The position numbers were made by a program, and so were the translations under genes. Positions 24,801 through 36,870 of a DNA stretch of 64,000 bases are shown here, one piece after another. Where the stretch lies: positions 16,454,297 through 16,518,296 of the forward strand of contig NC_041806.1 of NCBI RefSeq assembly GCF_900964775.1, read 5' to 3'. This stretch comes from Scleropages formosus. Its lineage: Eukaryota. Under the pieces are notes generated by a model, which saw nothing but the letters and a program-made list of their open reading frames with translations, ran no database searches and had not been told where the DNA came from. The stretch's first letter is position 1. Each line of letters begins with the position of its first letter.

Positions 24801-27780
24801 GGACATGTGTCAAGTTCTCCAAATGACTGTTGTCATCCTCTCCAGTGACTATAATGTCATCAAGGTAGCACTGGGACCCAGGACATCCTTGAAGTACCTG
24901 CTCCATTGCTCTTTGCCATAATGCTGGTGCTGAGGCAATGCGAAAAACCAGCGTATTATATCAATAGAAACCTTTGTGAGTGTTAATGTGTAAATGAAGG
25001 AGGACACTTTTGAGTCCTCCATTTTCATCTGCAAATATGCTTCTGCCACATCTATTTTACTGAAAAACTGTCCTCCTAAAAATGAAGCAAAGACAATGTG
25101 TTCTGGTAGACCAAACAGCCAAAATGCCTGATGGAACAGGACCTCGGCTATCTCTAAGGCGGTTGGCAACTTGGAGAGCAGGATCAGATGGCAAACCTTG
25201 GAGAATCGGTCAATCAAAGCGAGTATCGTTATCATACCGTCTGACATAGAGAGGTCCACCAGGAAGTCAACCGCGACATGGGACCAAGGATGGGAGTGTT
25301 TAAAGGTTCCAGCAGGCCCGCGGGCTTCAGCGTCGGGGTCCTGGCCTGGGGGCACATGGGACAGGCCTCCACGTATTCTTGAAAGTCATCTGGCATGGAT
25401 GGCCACCGGAAGCCTCCTTGCAAAAGGGATAGAGTCCACTGGACGCCGGGATGGCCAGAGGCGGGAGAGTCATGTGCCCACTTCAACACAGTGGACCGCA
25501 TCTCGGTGGGCACATATTCCTTCCAGTTGGGATTCTTCTGGGGAGTGTCTTTGGAGGCCTGGGCCTCCTGCAAGTCATGGAAGGCCTGCCATTGCACGAG
25601 TGTGACTAAACAACCCTTGGGGAGGATAGGCTCAGGGTTTTTGGGCGCAGGTTCTGGGTCGTGTACTTGGGACAGGGGGGTCCGCCTTGGTATTCTTGGA
25701 GCCCAGCTGGTACAACACCATGAACCGGAACCTGGTGAAAAACAGGGCCAGCGAGACTGGCGGGCATTAAGCCGATGGGCCTTTTCGAGGGATTCTAGAT
25801 TCCGGTGATCGGTCAGGATCAGGAACGGGTCAACAGCAACCTTGAGCCAGTGCCTCCACTCTTTGAGTGCAAGTTTGATGGCCAGGAGTTCTCGGTTTCT
25901 GATGTCGTAGTTTTGCTTGGCCAGTGTCAATTTCCATGAGAAGTATGCATAGGGGTAGTGCTTAGGTGGATTCCCCTGTCTTTGTGAAATAATAGCACTT
26001 ACCCCCACAAGCGAGGCATCCACCTCGACCACAAATGTCAGGGAGGGGTTGGGGTGTTTGAGCACTGGTGCATAGGTTAACCGGTCCTAGAAAGCACCGT
26101 TAGTGGTCTAAGGTAACTGGAGGCCCTTGGTTTCGAAGGCCACGATGGTGTTAAAAACTGCAGATGAACCGGAGGTAGAAGTTTGAAAACCCCAGAAAAC
26201 GTTGAAGCGCTTTCACCATGGTGGGTCTTGGCCATTCTGTCACAGCATGCACCTTTTGGGGATCCATTGCTACCCCCTCTTGGCTGAGAATGTACCCCAG
26301 GAAGGACACGCGGTACTGGTGAAACAGGCATTTCTCACCCTTTACACAGAGTCTGTGGAGGAGCCAGCACAATGTAATGCATAAATTGTACTTTTGCTGA
26401 GATGTACGTCGCTTTGGACAAAAGCGTCTGCTAAATGAATAAATGTAAATGTAAATGTACCCTCACCTGATGTATGTGTTCCTCCTGGGTCCTGGAAAAG
26501 ATTAGGATGTCTTCCAGCTAGACCAGTACACATTGGTTGATGAGGTCCCCAAGTACGTGGTTGACAAAGGCCTGGAAGAATGAGAGAGCATTGGACAGAC
26601 CAAACGACATTACCCAGTACTCATAATGGCCCAGGGAGGTGCTAAAAGCAGTCTTCCATTTGTCCCCACGGGCAGATACAAATGAGGTTGTATGTGCTCT
26701 TCAGATCCAACTTGATAAACACCTTTGCCCCATGGATTCTTTTGAGGGAGGCGCTAATCAAGGGCAAGGGATGTGAGTATCGGACCATGATGGCATAAAG
26801 CCCCCAATAATCGATGCAGACCCCCGTCCTCCTTACCTATAAATAAGAACCCAGCGGAGGCTGTTGAAGTGAATGACCTAATGATCCCCGCATCCAAAGC
26901 TTCTGTGATGTACTCCTGCATCGCCTTCTGTTCAGGTAGGGACAGGGGGTACACACGGCCCCTAGAGGGAGTGGTCCCAGGCAAGAGGTCGATTGTAAAG
27001 TCCCACGTCCTATGAGGGGGAAGCTCGGCTGCCCAGACCTTACTGGAAATCTCCCGAAGATCCTCATACTCACGTGGGATCTCCACCAGGGAAACCCCTG
27101 TCACTGCCTACACTGAAGTGGCCCGGCACGGGAAATGCAAACAGGTAGACGTGCACCGGTCTCCTCGGGATACCAGTTCCCCCATACTCCACTGGAACAC
27201 AGGGTCATGCCGAATAAGAAAAAACACCATGTCTTCTTGGTGGCAGGCCCTGATGTTGACGCAAAGGACCTTGGTACAGGAGTTGATGACATCCGAGCCC
27301 AGGGGCTGCCCGTCTAGGGTGCTTACCCGCAACATGACGTCACGCTCCTGGCCTGGAATGTTGTGCACCTGAGTGAATTCGGCATCCATGAAACAACTGG
27401 CCACCCTCGAGTCCACCACCACGCGGATGTGCACTTGCTTCCCTGACCAGCCTATGTGTATGGGAACTGTGAGGTGTCTGGGACGAGACAAAGGACTCAC
27501 CTGGGATCCAGGGCGGGTTCCTCAAGGGGGCCACACAGGGCAGGCGGTGCAGAAGTGGCCCGTGGCGCCCTTGAGGAAAAGCCGTAGTCAACAAAGTGAA
27601 ATCAAGAACTAGGGAAGCAATCATGTGAGGGATGGGAAGTACACTGGGACAAAGCACTGTGGTGTCTCACTAGGAGGTTCCGCATGGAATGGCTTCCGGG
27701 GCGCCCTTTTATGCCAAGTTCCCTCAATTGGCAGCAAGTGTCACTGAGGGACCGGCAGATGAGGGCATGACAACCACGTG
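18880..27780 (-). mobile_element. Nested or tandem cluster of truncated Ty3/Gypsy LTR-retrotransposon pol regions (three units, all minus-oriented) framed by direct repeats
   Basis: Minus-strand ORFs with frameshifts and stops encode protease (22220-21864, 27500-27108), RT (21857-20344 with YLDDIL; 24906-24646 with YLDDIIV; 27104-26151) and RNase H (24544-24170; 26065-25232). Integrase appears as an HHCC finger (23790-23551) and DDE cores (20294-19689, 23653-23192, 25355-24849), ending with a chromodomain (19432-19058). Segments 18880-19110 and 27555-27770 are about 85% identical direct repeats. Confidence 0.8.
19058..19432 (-). mobile_element. Chromodomain-containing integrase C-terminus (chromovirus-type Gypsy)
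   Basis: ORF ...[31 protein letters not shown]... matches the chromo shadow-like motif (YLVxWKGY...EEWSWE...I.D) found at the C-terminus of chromovirus integrases. Confidence 0.7.
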
Positions 27781-30745
27781 TCTTTGCAGTGTGGGAGGAA
27801 ACCCATGTGAATATAAGGAGAACATGCAAGCTCCACACAAATATGATATATAAACTATACAGTATGCTTGTGTGTGTGTTTACTGAGGATTGATCTCAGT
27901 AGTTCTCGTAATGAGTATAAAGCTCACAGCTGAGGACATTGCACTAAGACTACTTCTATTTCCTGAATCTCTCAAGGTTCTCTATGGGAATTTCCCTTGT
28001 GCAGCTTCTCACATCTTTACGCAACATCAGTAAGGCTGGGTCTCATCTCATAACCGAAGAGTAGCACTAAAAAATCAGGTTCTGCTGTGAACATTTCAGA
28101 TGTAGACCAAATGCAGCACTGAGGGCTCAAAAACCTCTTTGCCCACATCAACTCATGGTATCTCTCCCACAGCATGTCTCCACCTCTCTTGGGATCCAGT
28201 GTGCTCTGTGTGATGTGAATAATGCAGTAAGAATGGCCTTCCAGCCACACTAATAGAAGAAAATGTTCTGAGGAAAACACAGAAGGATGATCCAAACAGC
28301 CTATAATGTTATGAGCAGCGAGAAACCAAACAGCTCACTTTGTTTGGCTCTGCTGCAGGTAGACAAACAACTAACATTCAGTGCCTTGGCTTTACGCAAG
28401 CTCTCCAAGGCCTTAACTGTTGGGATCTGACAGTTGTTTTACTATGGTAAAATGCTGCCTGTTAGTAGTGAGTAGACATTTCGGAAAGGGCCCATTTGCA
28501 GAACAAGGACATATCACAGTGGGGTGAAAATGTCCAAGTCTTGGCAGTGTGATGCTCATGGCTTTTGTAACCTGTTGAGCCTGATTTTATTTCTTACACT
28601 CCATGTCTTCATTTACTCTGGGTGTTACTGATTTACTGTTTACTCAGTGCCATTAACACTGTGCTCTGGACATAGTCTTCCTCCATTCTTTCACCACCGC
28701 ATCCCACAGCATGTCTCAATGCAGTGCTTTTTCAGTTCCTTGTGTTCTCGCAACGCTTTCAAAACCTGGTGTTTGACAAAAGAAACAGGCACACTTACAA
28801 CACCGGACCTCAAATGCAAGGAAATATTTTATTTACGTAAAAGGAAACTTGCTGCCAAACAAAAAAGTCCATGTGTGGGGTTTTGCTTGAAGAAGAGTGT
28901 CCCTTTAGTCCAGTGGGACCAGTGCAATAACAGTGCTGCTCCAAGGTGTGTGAACCCTGCACGGATGGTCATCATTCTTGTATAAAATGTTAAAATAAGC
29001 TTATAAAATGTGAATGTTAAAGTGAATAAATGACCATGATTTACACACTTGGCTCTACTTACCTACTTGGTTTAACCAGTGTAATCTGGGGTTCACTTTT
29101 TTGCACCTGCACTACTTCCATGTTTCTACTAAACACACATGATTTCCTCTAAAGCAACATATGAAATTGGTCATTCTACACCTATTGTGTCTCATGAAAA
29201 AGACACTTTTATGGTAAAACTGTGGGACACAAGTGGTTTGCACACTTTCAAGCAGCCCTATAATAGAGCTACGGAGTCATATGTGGTATGATAAAAACAG
29301 ACTTGTGATAGAAGCAAAACCAATTTCCTTCTCAGACAGAAGAGATCATAAGTCCATCTGACACTTCTAGTTTGTCCCCAGAAAATGTTTAATAGTCCTC
29401 TGAGCAAGGACATACATGGGTAACTACACAGTTTTTTTTAGAAGAACATGCTAATATGTGCAGTGTGCTACTTGTGTTGTTTTTGGAGCTCTGCTCCATG
29501 TGGCCATAGCGTTTAGGAAATGCTGAGGTCTTCCTGTAACCCCTGTGAGCTGTGGCCTGCAAGTGCAAGCTGCTGTTTTGTTGACCAACCCCTGTCCTGC
29601 TTCCGCTTGAGCAGGTTTTGGGGAAGTGATCGGCTTGGACAGCAGGGGACAGGCTCTCACTCTCTCACAGGTCATTGTAGCAACGAAGCAGTCGGTGAAA
29701 ACCTTGCATGGGCTACTGTCTCCTCTCCAACCAGGTCCTTGCAGCAAACTGAAAAGAACCCAAGTGAGAGTGGTGAGTGACTCTATCACACTTTGACAGC
29801 ACAGCATAGCACATCTTCGCACATTGACATGACGGCATGTAGTGCTTAAGAACAGACTGTGACCTGGAGAGTAAGGTATTGAACATGTGTTACTTCCAAA
29901 GTGCATACCTGCATAAATAAATTAATATAAAAGGTGCTCTGAATTAAGGTGTTACCAAAGCATAATAATAATAATAATAGACTATCTTCAGTGAAAAACA
30001 TAAATATAGTCATTATGAGAGGAGATAAAGTAACCACTTTGGTTTTCTTCACAAAGAGCAATATACTGGGTCCTTCTATATTGTATTTTCTTCAGTTGTC
30101 TATTTCCCATCGTCTTTTGAAGACAAAATGTCACCTGCTCTTCCAAAGCCAGAGCCTATCTCAGAAGTACTGGGTGGAAGGCTAAGGGAGGTACATACAA
30201 ATAAATTTGCAGTGTCACATAAGTCAGTATGATAAATGCAAATTTACATACTTTGTACTAGATAGTAAGAACTAAAATAGATTTATTCATTTAGTAGCTG
30301 TTTTTCTCCAACGTGATATACTGTGACAAACTAATAAGTATAACTGTACTTGTTATACTTAAGTTTAATGTCACAGATAATTCCCCTGCACATGAACATA
30401 CATTGTCTCCTTCTCACATTTTTTAATTTTGGGGTTTCACTGTGTTTGTGTTATAAAAATGTTTTCAAAGGTCTACTAGATTTTTTTTTTTTTAACTTTT
30501 TAGACATGTATTAAGTGTTGTGGAAGAGAGATGATGAAAATCTGAAGTTTGTCCTGACTGGTATTAGTAGATATCATTTTTGGCACCTGTGTTACAACTT
30601 AAATAAATTTTATTATAACATTTGGCTTAATAAAGGGAAAATTAATTCTGCTAAATAAATGTAAATGTGAATGTAAATTGTGTATCGCTGTTATGTACCA
30701 CTCATAAAGTCTACACAGACATACGATACTCAATAGCTATGTCTT

Positions 30746-30781
30746 AGAATAGAATAGAATAGAATAGAATAGAATAGAATA
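30746..30781 (+). repeat. (AGAAT)7 pentanucleotide microsatellite
   Basis: agaatagaatagaatagaatagaatagaatagaata. Confidence 0.9.
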
Positions 30782-31791
30782 TACTTTATTGCCCCATTTC
30801 TGTGAAATTTATCTTGGACAACCATGACACGGCTAGTGCACAACATTGGACTCACATAAAACAATACATACCATCATACAATAAAATAAGAAGAAATAAA
30901 ACAATCAAAATATATTAAAAATCTACTGAATACCAATCTAAATTCTCAGTTTTGGAATTCTCTGTTCAATAACTTAACCGCAGATGGCACAAAAGAATTT
31001 TTATAATGATTTGATTTGCACATCAGAATCCTAAATCGTCTCCCTGAGGGTAACATGTTAAAATTCTCATGTAAAATATGTATGTCATTAGCAGCAATTT
31101 TTTTTTAGCTTGTTTTAAAATATATACCTCGTACAACTCCTTTATGGGTCGTTTCTCTTCCCACCCTATAATTTTTAGGGCAGTATGTACTAGTCGTGCA
31201 AGTTTCGATTTTGATTGGACAGTCAAGTTTCAATACCATGCTATAATACCATATCTTATCAAGCTCTCAAAAACAGACTGGTAAAACAGAAACAAAATCT
31301 TCTGGTTTACCCCAAATACTTTTAACCTTCACAAAAAATGTAGTTTCTGCTGCAGTCAAGAACACAGACTGTTTATGTGACAAGACCAACATAACAAATT
31401 ATCTATCTAAACACCTTACTTCAACCTGTAATGCAGAGAAATGAGAACAGGGTAGAGACAGATGAAATCAGTGAAGACAATACAAAAGAAATCGCGCTCT
31501 CCAAACAAGCTGACATTGTATCTCGGAGCGCCTGAGCTGCACAATTAAACATGGACTCGAATCTTGCTCCGCCTTGGCAGGGTTTGGCAGGGTTTGTCTG
31601 GGTTTCCAGTGCACGTCTCCCTCAACAGGGAGAACACACCTGAGCTGACTGAGGAACCTTTTTCTGTTTCAGGCCTCGACCCCTTACGTTAGTATTCTGC
31701 CCACCATCCTTCACAAGCGTCACCAGCCGTCATTTCTTCTCCCATTCCTGTTCTCCACCCAAAACAGCCAACCCTCATATCAGTTGTCAGA

Positions 31792-32071
31792 ATGGCAGAC
31801 ATCAGCAGCGCTCCCATTCCACAAAAGACACCCAATGACCCTGGTGCCCCAGGCTCTGCTCCACCTCCTTATCCACATGGGGAGGTGAACCAGCAGCAGC
31901 CTCCATCATACATGTCTCCACCATACCCGGCACATCCGGCTTTGTACCCTCCTTCAGTGTGCTCTGTAGTCCCAGAGCCCCCCCAGCCTGGATTTGTCAT
32001 AAACATTGCTCCACCGGGAGAAGATGGAATCTCCAAAGCTGAAGAACCCGAGATAAAGATGGACAGTTCAG
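31792..32071 (+). CDS. tmbim1: TMBIM1-like (Lifeguard/TMBIM family), coding exon 1
   Basis: MADISSAPIPQKTPNDPGAPGSAPPPYPHGEVNQQQPPSYMSPPYPAHPALYPP...KMDSS. This is a proline-rich N-terminus with PPPY and PPSY motifs, like human TMBIM1 (MSNPSAPPPYEDR...). Donor CAG|GTAAAC. An acceptor ctgtttcag at 31668-70 upstream suggests a 5'UTR exon. Confidence 0.75.
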
Positions 32072-32214
32072 GTAAACTACACTGAGTTTTACTTAAGTTT
32101 TAGGGACTGCTGTAAAGAACCCTGTTTTTGCCTGTGTAGTTTTAGTACCAGAGTTTTACTAGGGTGAAACACATGAATGAGAAATACTGAAAAGATGATT
32201 TTGTTTTCCCTCAG

Positions 32215-32297
32215 TGGTTGGGGTTCTACCGGACAGTGGACCTATAGTGGACACCACGTTTGAAGACAAAACCATACGTCGAGCCTTCATCCGTAAG
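32215..32297 (+). CDS. tmbim1: TMBIM1-like coding exon 2
   Basis: Acceptor ttttccctcag| then (V)VGVLPDSGPIVDTTFEDKTIRRAFIRK, the family-conserved motif (GRINA: WDDKSIRQAFIRKV). Donor AAG|GTATGT. Confidence 0.85.
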
Positions 32298-33275
32298 GTA
32301 TGTCCGTCTGTCGGTGCTGAGTGCGAGTGTGACCGGTAACCACTCTCCGGTCTGCATTCACATTTATGGTCACCCATCCGTTTCCATGGCCTCACACTTC
32401 TACCTCAGCCACAAAACTGGAACTATGCTTGTTGTTATCAAAATGTAAGAGTAATAACATCAAAATGTAACATAGTAGAAAAAACCAGGCATTTATAAAC
32501 CAAACAAAGCATGAAGTACAATTAATCCCCAAATGACCACTTATTCCACTGTATCATACCTGCAATTTTTTAAAAATAATTTAAAAACAATAAATAATCT
32601 AAAAATAATAATGGTCACACATCTTGTCCTACATAAATGTTGTACTGGAAAAAAGTTTAATGAACTATTATTTGTGCTTGCAAATCATGTGAAATGTGGA
32701 AATAAGAGGATTTATCTTGTCTTTCACTTGGCCCAGTATTGTTCCACTAGTGTAAACCCACTGTTTTTTTTGCACCAATTAACCAACAAATGTTTTCAGA
32801 TTTTTTTTTTGTGAAAATGCTGGAAAATACATAAAAAAATAACATATTGGGTCACTGGATTGTCCGGCCCATCTGCTATCTGGTCAGCCATGGACTGGTT
32901 AGGTGCGGATGAGCTATGAACTAAACAGCTCAAAGGGAGCCATCAATGAAAAAGAATTAAGATGAAAAATGATTAAATAAAATGTAAAACAAAAATAGGT
33001 CATATGGAAAATGGATGGGTACTTCTTGAATCAGAGAGTAAAAAAAAAAAAAAACAATTTTAGGCAGAGTCATTACTGGATAACAAACCATCCTTTAAAA
33101 CGAGCCGTTTGGACAACGCTGAGGCCATAGCTCCATCAGTCAGAAACGGACCTTGGTGATCCCATTACAAGGGCTGATCAGACCCTTAGTGCCACCATCC
33201 CTTCAATCATCTCAGCGTTTAAATCGTGAACCAAATGGTGATCTGTGTGGTTAAGGTCCCTCTGGCCTGTTTCAG

Positions 33276-33476
33276 GTGTTTACCGTAGTCACAGTGCAGT
33301 TGCTTATCACCTTCAGCGTGGTATGCATCTTCACCTTCTCGGAAGTGGTGCAGAAAGCAGTGCAAAGAAACATCTGGATCTACTTGAGCTCCTACATCAT
33401 ATTTGTGGTGGTGGCCCTCTGCCTGACCTTCAGCAGCTCCTTCAGCAGGAAGCATCCCTGGAACTTTGTGGCACTG
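33276..33476 (+). CDS. tmbim1: TMBIM1-like coding exon 3 (TM1-TM2)
   Basis: Acceptor cctgtttcag| then VFTVVTVQLLITFSVVCIFTFSEVVQKAVQRNIWIYLSSYIIFVVVALCLTFSSSFSRKHPWNFVAL. Human TMBIM1 has ISVQLLITVAIIAIFTF...RRRFPWNIIL. Donor CTG|GTAGGT. Confidence 0.85.
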
Positions 33477-33724
33477 GTAGGTGAAAAACTGCCACTTGCG
33501 ACACTGTGAAGGAGTGGCCTTAGCAGTTGCCCATCTGAGGTTGTAATCAGTAATTTTGGACTCACAGGGGACACACAGCCAGCTGTTTACTTTTCTTTAG
33601 GCCTGCAGTATTTCACATCAACCTCACAGTTAACAGGTGCACCAGCTCCTCAATTTACCAACAGTTAGGATCAGAACCATCAGTTTGTAAGTTGCTCTGT
33701 GAATTGTTGACACACTCATAACAT

Positions 33725-33925
33725 AAACATGTAGGAGAGCTGGTAGGGTAGCGGTTAGAGCTACTGCTTTTGGACTTAAAAGTCACAAGTTCAATCCCCA
33801 CCTTTAGCTGTAGTACCCTTGAGCAAGGTACTTACCCTCAATTGCTCCAGTAAGATTGCCCAGCTGGGTGAATAACTGGAAGTACCTTAACATTGCATCA
33901 CTTTGGAGAAAAGTATCAGCTAAAT
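33725..33925 (+). repeat. tRNA-derived SINE family C, in TMBIM1 intron 3
   Basis: ggtagggtagcggttagagctactgcttttggacttaaaagtcacaagttcaatcccc...gtacccttgagcaaggtacttaccctcaattgctccagtaag...cactttggagaaaagtatcagctaaatg. Confidence 0.75.
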
Positions 33926-34445
33926 GTAGAATACCACACAGGAGGTATAAACACTTTGGAAGGAGTTGAATGAAAACAGCCCCATACACTGCTGTGTGCA
34001 AGTTTTACTGCCATATAACAGCTGAGCACACAAATGCAGGCCATTTTTCCTGCACAACCCACAAAAATTCAGAACCGAAAACATGGAAGATTCAGTTAAA
34101 TATAGGATGAAATGTTCTCAGACTCTAAAATTGTAAGTGGAATGTCAGTAACATGAAGAGTCAATGTATAACCACACAGCAACAACTAAATTATTTCATG
34201 GTATCATTAATCCTGTGGGATACAAATGTTTTTCTTTAGTCACTGTTACTTACAGAAACAGAAGCTGCAATCACTATTTTGATTACACTATCATTATTTA
34301 TTATAACACTATATGGATTTCAGTAAAAAATGCCTGTCATTTGTGCAAAACTACATCACTGCAAAGTAATTAGACAAAACACTGCTTTTCCCTGCACTGA
34401 TAACATCTTGTTCATGAATGTGTGTGTATGTCTCGGTGCATGCAG

Positions 34446-34574
34446 GGGGTGGTAACGCTCAGCCTGTCCTACATGGTAGGCACAGTGGCCTCCTTCCACA
34501 GCACAACGGCTGTGGCCATCGCCATGGGTGCTACACTTATCATCTCCTTCACTATCGTCATCTTCTCAGCCCAG
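34446..34574 (+). CDS. tmbim1: TMBIM1-like coding exon 4
   Basis: Acceptor ggtgcatgcag| then GVVTLSLSYMVGTVASFHSTTAVAIAMGATLIISFTIVIFSAQ. Donor CAG|GTGAAT. Confidence 0.85.
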
Positions 34575-34657
34575 GTGAATTTGCCAGACCTCTTCCGTCA
34601 CTCTTAAAAGCCTCCTTTGTATGAACTTACCTAAACTTCTGTTCCGTGATGCCACAG

Positions 34658-34801
34658 ACTCGTGTGGACTTCACCATATGCAATGGAATTCTGCTTGTGC
34701 TGGCAGTGGACCTGCTGATGTTCGGCTTCTTCTCCATCTTCTTCCACTCCACTGTGCTCCAGATTGTCTATGGATGTCTAGGAGCGTTGCTGTATGCAAT
34801 G
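34658..34801 (+). CDS. tmbim1: TMBIM1-like coding exon 5
   Basis: Acceptor gtgatgccacag| then TRVDFTICNGILLVLAVDLLMFGFFSIFFHSTVLQIVYGCLGALLYAM. Donor ATG|GTGAGC. Confidence 0.85.
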
Positions 34802-35151
34802 GTGAGCTACTCCTGCCTTTTTTTTAGCCAATACTCTGTTTAACTAATCTCCTGATTTAATTTAGGATTTCCTTAATATGTTATCAACATGAACCCTGTC
34901 GTGGGCTACTTTGTCATCCAAAGTGTAAAAACTGCACCCTGTGCTTCTGGGATACCTCTGGACCAGCACAAACCAACTTTAAGATTGACGCACATCAATT
35001 CGATAGTGAATTAATGAATGTGACCTTCCTTGAGAAAAATGAAGCACAAAAATGTAATGCTGCTACAAGGAGCCAAATTCCCTTTTTTCCTTTGAACAGT
35101 GTTTTTTCAGTCTCTATGTCTCCTTAAAGCTCCTTCCCTCTTCATTGTTAG

Positions 35152-35304
35152 TTCCTGGCCGTGGACTGCCAGCTGGTCATGGGCAGAGAGAAGTACTGTA
35201 TCAGCCCAGAAGAATATGTCTTCGCTGCACTGATCCTCTACCTTGACATCATCATGATCTTCCTCTACCTGCTGATCCTACTGGGAGGAAGCTCAAATAA
35301 TTAA
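35152..35304 (+). CDS. tmbim1: TMBIM1-like coding exon 6 (C-terminal, stop)
   Basis: Acceptor cttcattgttag| then FLAVDCQLVMGREKYCISPEEYVFAALILYLDIIMIFLYLLILLGGSSNN*. The MG-x4-ISPEEY insertion is typical of TMBIM1 and FAIM2 and is absent from GRINA. Stop TAA at 35302-04. Confidence 0.85.
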   Translation, partial: FLAVDCQLVMGREKYCISPEEYVFAALILYLDIIMIFLYLLILLGGSSNN

Positions 35305-35424
35305 CCACATGTGCGTACACACATATGCACAAGTTCATACTCAGACCCAATCAAATGGAACATCTTTAATGATGAACAACTGCAAATGAACCATTTCCTT
35401 GCTATACTGCTTGAACGAGATCCA

Positions 35425-35640
35425 CTCGCTGTATCTTACGCAATGGTGGTTAGAGCGACTGCCTTTGGACCCAAAGGTTGCAGGTTCGAGCCTCACCTCC
35501 AGCTGTAGTACCCTTGAGCAAGGTACTTACCCTGAATTGCTCCAGTAAAATTACCCAGCTGTATAAATGGGTAAATAATTGTAACCTTAACATTGTAAGT
35601 CGCTCTGGAGAAAAGCATCAGCTAAATGAATAAATGCAAA
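35425..35640 (+). repeat. SINE family C copy in the TMBIM1 3' flank/UTR, providing an AATAAA
   Basis: gcaatggtggttagagcgactgcctttggacccaaaggttgcaggttcgagcctc...gtacccttgagcaaggtacttaccctgaattgctccagtaaaattacccagctgtataaatgggtaaataattgtaa...gtcgctctggagaaaagcatcagctaaatgaataaatg. Confidence 0.75.
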
Positions 35641-35873
35641 TATATATAAGTGAAAAAAGTTTAACAAAAGAGCTTTATTTTATAACCATAAAACAAGCAA
35701 CAACATGAAGGACATAAAATGTGCTCAAAAATCAGCAAGGAAATTTTATCAAATTGCTGTGAACATTTTATCCCTACATAAAAAAACAGTACAAAAGGCA
35801 AAAGCAACACCAGTTGTGCAATGTTGTCACCTGCTTTGTGATGACAACCCCTTCCTGTCCTCTTGCCAATCCT

Positions 35874-36033
35874 CTACCACAAGGAGGAGTAGTTGAACTG
35901 CACCTTCAGGAGATATCTCATGTGTATCTGGGATGGGTCGTAAACAATGAACTCATTGTAAAGGAGAGTATAGCCACCACTCTGGCCAACCCCTGTCTTC
36001 ATGCAGGGGCCCAACGGCACTGTGGCGCCGTCC
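35874..36033 (-). CDS. parp2: PARP2 coding exon 16 (catalytic Glu, C-terminus, stop)
   Basis: Acceptor cacttccacag| then (L)DGATVPLGPCMKTGVGQSGGYTLLYNEFIVYDPSQIHMRYLLKVQFNYSSLW*. Human has NGSTVPLGPASDTGILNPDGYTLNYNEYIVYNPNQVRMRYLLKVQFNFLQLW*. Stop TAG is the complement of 35874-35876. Confidence 0.9.
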
Positions 36034-36745
36034 CTGTGGAAGTGCCAAAGTCACTGTTGGGTTTCTTGTCACAATATGCAGTTTACCTCAAAACTTAAGA
36101 CTTACAAAAACAAAACAACACTGAAAACACAGCCAAACACACCAACATCCTCAGCTCTTCACACTTAAAACAGGAAGTTTCAATGAGTATTTGAACAAGC
36201 CAGACATGTAGTTAAGCTTTCCGATACTCAAATAGCAAACCCAGTAAAGGACCAGCAGTATCTCCCTGGTATGGTGTATCTGTCCAGCATACCAAGCTGC
36301 ACTAAAGCGCATCACTTTTACATTAACTGGTTCTTCATTTCAGTTATGTTATGCTTTTTAATAAAGTATTTAAGTATTAATGATCTACAGCTCTAATTAT
36401 TCAACTTTTCATTCTCATCAACCCCTTATTCAGCTAGACCTAGAGAGACAGATCCCAGAAAAAGAGCTGTCCACAGCCCTGGAGACACAGAAATATACAC
36501 CACACTAAGCACAAAAATCACAGCACACACAAACAGCATATGGGAGGAAAATGCAATAACTGTGAGAAGCCAATATTAACATGCAAAATACACAAGCGGA
36601 TTCAAATGGGCTTGGTTCAGATCCACAGCCCTCAGGCTGCCGGAACACAAACACTTACTCCTGCTCTCCTAGTAGCTTCACTGTGACAGCTTTTTGCTAG
36701 AAAAGTTTTGCACTGTAAATATGGTCATGTGTGCTACAGACTTAC

Positions 36746-36870
36746 AGTACAACAGCATTTCTGGGGTCAGGGGCAGTCTGCCCAAGACCCTTGGTGCTAT
36801 GCTTCCCCACAGGCAATTTGGACGCTTCGTAGTCTGCCGTCAACAGCTCGTTACAGTCTCCCAGGGCAAC
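36746..36870 (-). CDS. parp2: PARP2 coding exon 15 (catalytic domain)
   Basis: Acceptor ttgttgttgacag| then VALGDCNELLTADYEASKLPVGKHSTKGLGQTAPDPRNAVV + ct. Human has VALGQCNELLEANPKAEGLLQGKHSTKGLGKMAPSSAHFVTL. Donor CT|GTAAGT. Confidence 0.85.

Noticed and set aside
29451-29906. Minus-strand 151-aa ORF in the gene-poor 28-31.5 kb interval
   Set aside because: It has no recognisable homology or splice context and is Cys/Thr-rich. It is retained only as unexplained sequence, not a called gene.
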